A DNA stretch of 56,075 bases, the filler included, from Dirinaria sp. TL-2023a (taxonomy: Eukaryota), in the NCBI GenBank assembly GCA_051941275.1. It is 5 parts of 5 records of this genome, joined end to end, with 100 filler letters (N's around TTAATTAATTAA, not from the genome) between each part and the next. Parts side by side here need not be neighbours in the genome. Positions count along the whole stretch, not along the records: positions 44,955 to 56,075 come from JAVEBF010000874.1; 4 more parts are not named here. One strand, given 5' to 3'. A program made the position numbers and the translations under genes. The notes under the pieces were generated by a model. The model searched no databases. It was given only the letters and a program-made list of their open reading frames with translations, and was not told the origin of the DNA. Position 1 is the first letter of the stretch. Every line of letters begins with the position of its first letter. Of the stretch, positions 51,801 through 56,075 are shown in pieces.

Positions 51801-54800
51801 CATCAATCAAATCGACGGAAGCGCCCCAGGTTCCACGCCCCTCAAGAGCTTGTATTCAAGTGAAATCACTCTTGACGATGATGGAAACATGATGGGCGAC
51901 GTCAAATTCGACCAAGCAGCCTTAGTGTCTCAATATGCGGACCAAAACACTACGCAAAATCCACCCGTGTTTGGCCTTACTTTCAACAACGCATTGAAGA
52001 GTAGCATTACGCTGCCCATTTTGTTTTCCCGGATCCAAGTCTCTGTCGACGCCATGTTCATCAACGCGACCGGTGTAGCGTACGAATTCGACCCTAATAT
52101 GCTTGGCAATCTGGGCAACAAGTAAGTGATCGATTGGCTGTCTTTAGGCATTCCAGTGACCTAAAATGACAGACATTTTATGACCGGTAATGCTACTGTC
52201 TCTTCAGCTACAGTACAGACAAGACTGGCAAATTCCCAAGCACTTGTTGGAAAGGTAACTACGGATAAGGCTCCCAACAGCCTTGCTTCCAGTCCTGCTC
52301 CTAGCGCCGCTCCCAGTCCCGCTCTGGTCACAAAGCTACTAGCAACCGCCACAACGCCGTCAGTTGATAGTCTAATCTCTGGAGTACAGAAGACGTATGA
52401 TGATGCCTTGGTAAGATAAAGCATCTCGCCGTAGCTTTCAAACTAGAACGACTTCTATACTAGCACAGCCAGATACACACAATCTCAGGTGGTCTGCTAC
52501 AGAAAACCATGCTATATCATATGAACAGTAATGATCGCACCAATTTTCTTCAACTGAAACAGCCTACAGATCTCGATCCTAGCCTCGGATCTGGGCTGGC
52601 GACATCCCTCCATAACTGGATTCAGAATACCTACGCCGTAGCTTTCGTATCTTATATGATCAGCCAAACCAGCGATAAAGACCAGCAAACTTGGAGACAG
52701 CACTTTACCAACGACGAAAAGGGTAAGGTCTGGTATTGGTTCTCCGGACAGGTAAGAGCAAGCCTGCCGTTGGGTGTCCAGCCAAGGTTGACGTTCTCAT
52801 CACAGGGTTCCACATGTCTGTCACAGTCGAAAGAATACAATGACCTGAATTCAGTATGTGCACAAATTGCCATGAAAACAACCTACTTCAGCTCTACAAC
52901 AATGAGCACCTATTACAACAACGGCGCATTTTGGGCTCAGCAGATGTACCAGCAGATGTCAACGCCAGTCAATGGGATCAATCCTCTTCAATCGCTTCTC
53001 AATCACCAAGTTGTCGGGGTAAGCTCCGATCACGAAACCTTCGCCGCTTACTCCACCTTCTAATACCTCTGCAGACTACCAACGTAATCAATATGCGCTG
53101 CAATATCTTAAATACCTTGGATCCAAGCGGCAACTATGCCAATCTCATTTTCAATGATATTTTGGCCCTCAGCGTGGCAAACACCAATGGCACTCCCTAT
53201 ATTGGACTTGGTCCCAATGATCCAAACCCTGACCAAAGAAGTAAATTCGTCACCGATGCCATGCGCGACCTGATAGTCGAAATCTTGAGTGGCGCAGGCT
53301 CTCAGCTTTCGTGGGATGCAGACGTTCAAACATCGCTCCAGGCTGACTTGGAGCAACTAGAAAAGGATGAGGGATTGAGCATGTCTAATAGCGCTCAGGA
53401 TCGAGCCAATGCTTTAACTGCTAAAGCAGTATTATTGGTTCAATCGATCATAGGCGTCATGCCAGCGCTTGCAGACCTTGCTAAACACGGCTCGGTCCTC
53501 TTTAAGTCGATGACGGGATGGAAAAAAGCCACTGCGGCTTACGATTGGTGTGTTGCAAGGCTACCAACTGAGGAATCAAAGACTGGTATAGCATTTAAGG
53601 GGGTAATGACAGCCGTCATGGTACGTTAAAAGGCACTGTCACTTTGGTCGTGGGGAGGCTAATAGACCGCAACTTGACAGGTCGGGTTCACTGTTGCTAG
53701 CGCCGTCAAGTCCTTTATGGATTTCGATATACTCAGTCCCGACCAGCAGTCTATTGTGATATTATCGACTCTGCAGATCGTCGTAGACTCCCTCAAGGGC
53801 GCAAAGGAAATATACGATCGCTACAAGAAATACAAAAACCCCGACGCCGGCACCAAACCCGACACCCCTCAGCAAGTCAAAGATGCCGCGGTGCTGGACG
53901 AAAAGCTAGATACCGCAGTGGCTCAATCGCCGCCTGTTCTCGATGACGCCGCAAAGAAGATCACTCCGGCGGACCCACCCGATCTGGCACTGAAGAACTC
54001 TGTCGCAAGAACCATCAGCTCTGAAGGTATGCCCAAAGATTCGCCAATTACGGATGAAGTCAAAAACAACGTCAAGATCAAGGAAACTCCGAAGAAACCA
54101 ATCGGGCTAAATGGAAAAGCGGCTGCGGAGACGTTCTCCGTGACTGACCAGGCGATCAAAGGTATGGGTGCGGCTGTCGGTATCGGGATGACTGTGTCTA
54201 TGGCTCTGGACCTGAAGCACCACTGGGGAGATATGAATACACTTGGCCAAGCACTGAACACAATACAAGTAATCACGACAGGACTGTCTGTCTTGTGCGA
54301 TCTCGGAGAGATCCTCGCCGAGAGCGCCGTGGAGTTCTCACTTTTCGCAGTATCGGAAGCGGTCCTCACTGCTATACCCTTTGTGGGAGCTGTACTGGCT
54401 GTTGTTGGCATCGTGGTGATGATAGTGATGGAGTTCGAAGACACCCAGAATCCGCCAGTGCCGCCCCCGACTCCCGTCGAATCATTCATCTCCGGGCCCG
54501 GGTAAGTCCCTATCAACGATCTCACGGATGCTCCACGCAAGCATGCTGACTGGAAAAAAACGTAGACGCGCCCTCATCGCGACGTGGAACTCCCCTCCCA
54601 AAGCCATACTCCACTACGAGGTCCAACCGACCCTGCGAGCGGGCGGCAAAGACCAAGAATGGAAAGTCTGGATCAACAACCCCACCAAAGAGGTCGTTAC
54701 ACTCAACAGCACAAGCATCAACTTCAATACCGGCGACGATTCCACCTGTATCTTCACCAACCTTTCCCTGGCGCTCTCAACCGCATCTAACGCCCCCTCC

Positions 54801-55133
54801 ACCGAAAATACAGTGTGGGTCGGCGACACAGATACTTACATCGGCAGCCTGCGCCCCACGCCGAGTACAGAGACGGTTACTTCCTGGGATATCAATATTA
54901 CCGGGGTGCCGATGACGGAAATCAGCGCCTCGAATCCAGACGCGCAGGTTGTGCCGATGGGTAGGTTTGAGAACCCTACGGGACTGCTGTATGTCCCCGC
55001 AGGGGGACACTTTGAGGCGATAGTGTTTGCCACGGCGGGACCGGCGCAGGGACCGATGACGGTGACGGTGACGGAGACATTCGACAATGGCGACAAGGCG
55101 AGGGCCTTGTTTAGTGTTACTATCACCGCTTGA
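48867..55133 (+). CDS. Large (~1,870 aa) Hint-domain protein with a C-terminal hydrophobic helical region and a beta-rich domain; 12 predicted introns; one +1 frameshift near 50634-50637 (sequencing error or recent pseudogenisation)
   Basis: Consecutive same-strand ORFs join through GT-AG introns 49167-49219, 49627-49676 (alternative 49669-49778), 50054-50105, 50361-50417, 50712-50756, 51355-51406, 52122-52172, 52411-52463, 52752-52805, 53019-53074, 53621-53680 and 54502-54565. Spliced length minus one base is 1873 codons. TATA-like tatatatat near 48732. Confidence 0.8.
50195..50702 (+). other. Hint (Hedgehog/intein) autoprocessing domain, ~150 aa, no homing endonuclease
   Basis: Block A S|CFVAGTQVTLAD.....IEEL; block B FFTPGHVF (TxxH); blocks F/G VYGVHLREGQRSYHANGYLVAVN|Y. 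Confidence 0.88.
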
Positions 55134-56075
55134 GGAGAGTGGTTTGTTTCCAGGCTGTAGGTATCTTACCGAGCGTCTTACTACCACCACACCACGTTCA
55201 CTTTGAACTGCCCCACCGCCACTCACTACCTGCTTCTTTCTTCTGCTATTCCTTTTTTTCTCTTTCTTTTTTCTCCCGTAATCTCTCAATGCTTCTCTCA
55301 CTTATCCCCCTCTCCGCCCCCCCAAGACCAAACCCCAAAAATATCTAGCCTTTAACAATGTACCTACTTGCCAATGACATTTTCATGATGAATCAGTCCA
55401 TCGCCACTTCACTAAACCGCTATTCCTTACTCCCATCCATAACCTCATCGTCCGCAAGCCTCACAACAAACCCCTCCCGCCTTCTGCCATTACCCTTAGG
55501 GCAGAGTAATATCCTCCCACAATAAAAAATTCAATCCAAACCAAAACCCGAACTGTCTCGTCGTTGCATCCTCGAGATACGGTTCAGGATACAGCGGAAA
55601 GAAATTTTTTCAGCTACGGGATGAAGGGGCTTGATTTTTGGGGTGTTGTATGTTGTGGATTTGAGGTTATGAGTTTTGCTTTTGCTGGGGAAGGGGTTGG
55701 TAGGGACAAGTTGCGGTTTAAGGTGGTGAGGTGGTGAGGAAGGGGGATTTGGGGTGTGGATATTAGAGATTAAGCCTAAGAAGGAAGCAGTTAGCGCCGT
55801 AAGTTTTTATAGCTCCTATGTGGCGAGAAGATTGGGCAGGTGAGATTGGTGCAATCGGGGACTGAGATGGTGATGAGAATATTATGTAGAGTTATCAGGA
55901 TTAGACAAATGTGCGAAGATGAGATCAAGGGATGATTTATACTTCAGATCTACATCCATCTCCTCGAATTACAAATGCCAAGAGCATTCTACAGCTCACA
56001 TACTCTACAGATTCATTGCCTTGCGCAGCAACTCCAGCCCCAACCTTCAACAATCCCCCTCCCCCTCCACATCGC

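Noticed and set aside
53923..54540. Long antisense ORFs over coding genes (also over mgm1, medA, GH5)
   Set aside because: Shadow ORFs caused by codon bias of the sense-strand genes

Overview
Eukaryotic, intron-rich filamentous ascomycete (Pezizomycotina) DNA; a lichen-forming lineage is possible but not demonstrated. The window is not one locus. It holds five contigs (11154, 11151, 11126, 11123 and 11121 bp, sorted by size) joined by artificial 100-bp N44-TTAATTAATTAA-N44 spacers. Contig 1: a 4-finger C2H2 transcription factor and a long gene-free flank. Contig 2: Pth11-like membrane protein, GH5 endo-beta-1,6-glucanase, a small secreted Cys protein, an orphan ORF and Mgm1. Contig 3: a small acidic protein, a possible BTB-like orphan and the developmental regulator MedA, which may start at a non-AUG codon. 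Contig 4: mitochondrial carrier (truncated), RPL22, translin, gamma-tubulin, Pmp3 and a CFEM membrane protein. Contig 5 holds the most unusual element: a 13-exon gene of about 1,870 aa with an internal non-canonical Hint (Hedgehog/intein) autoprocessing domain, a duplicated hydrophobic helical region resembling pore-forming/translocation toxins, and a C-terminal beta-rich domain. It carries one apparent 1-nt frameshift inside the Hint domain. All gene models were spliced by eye; no database searches were run.
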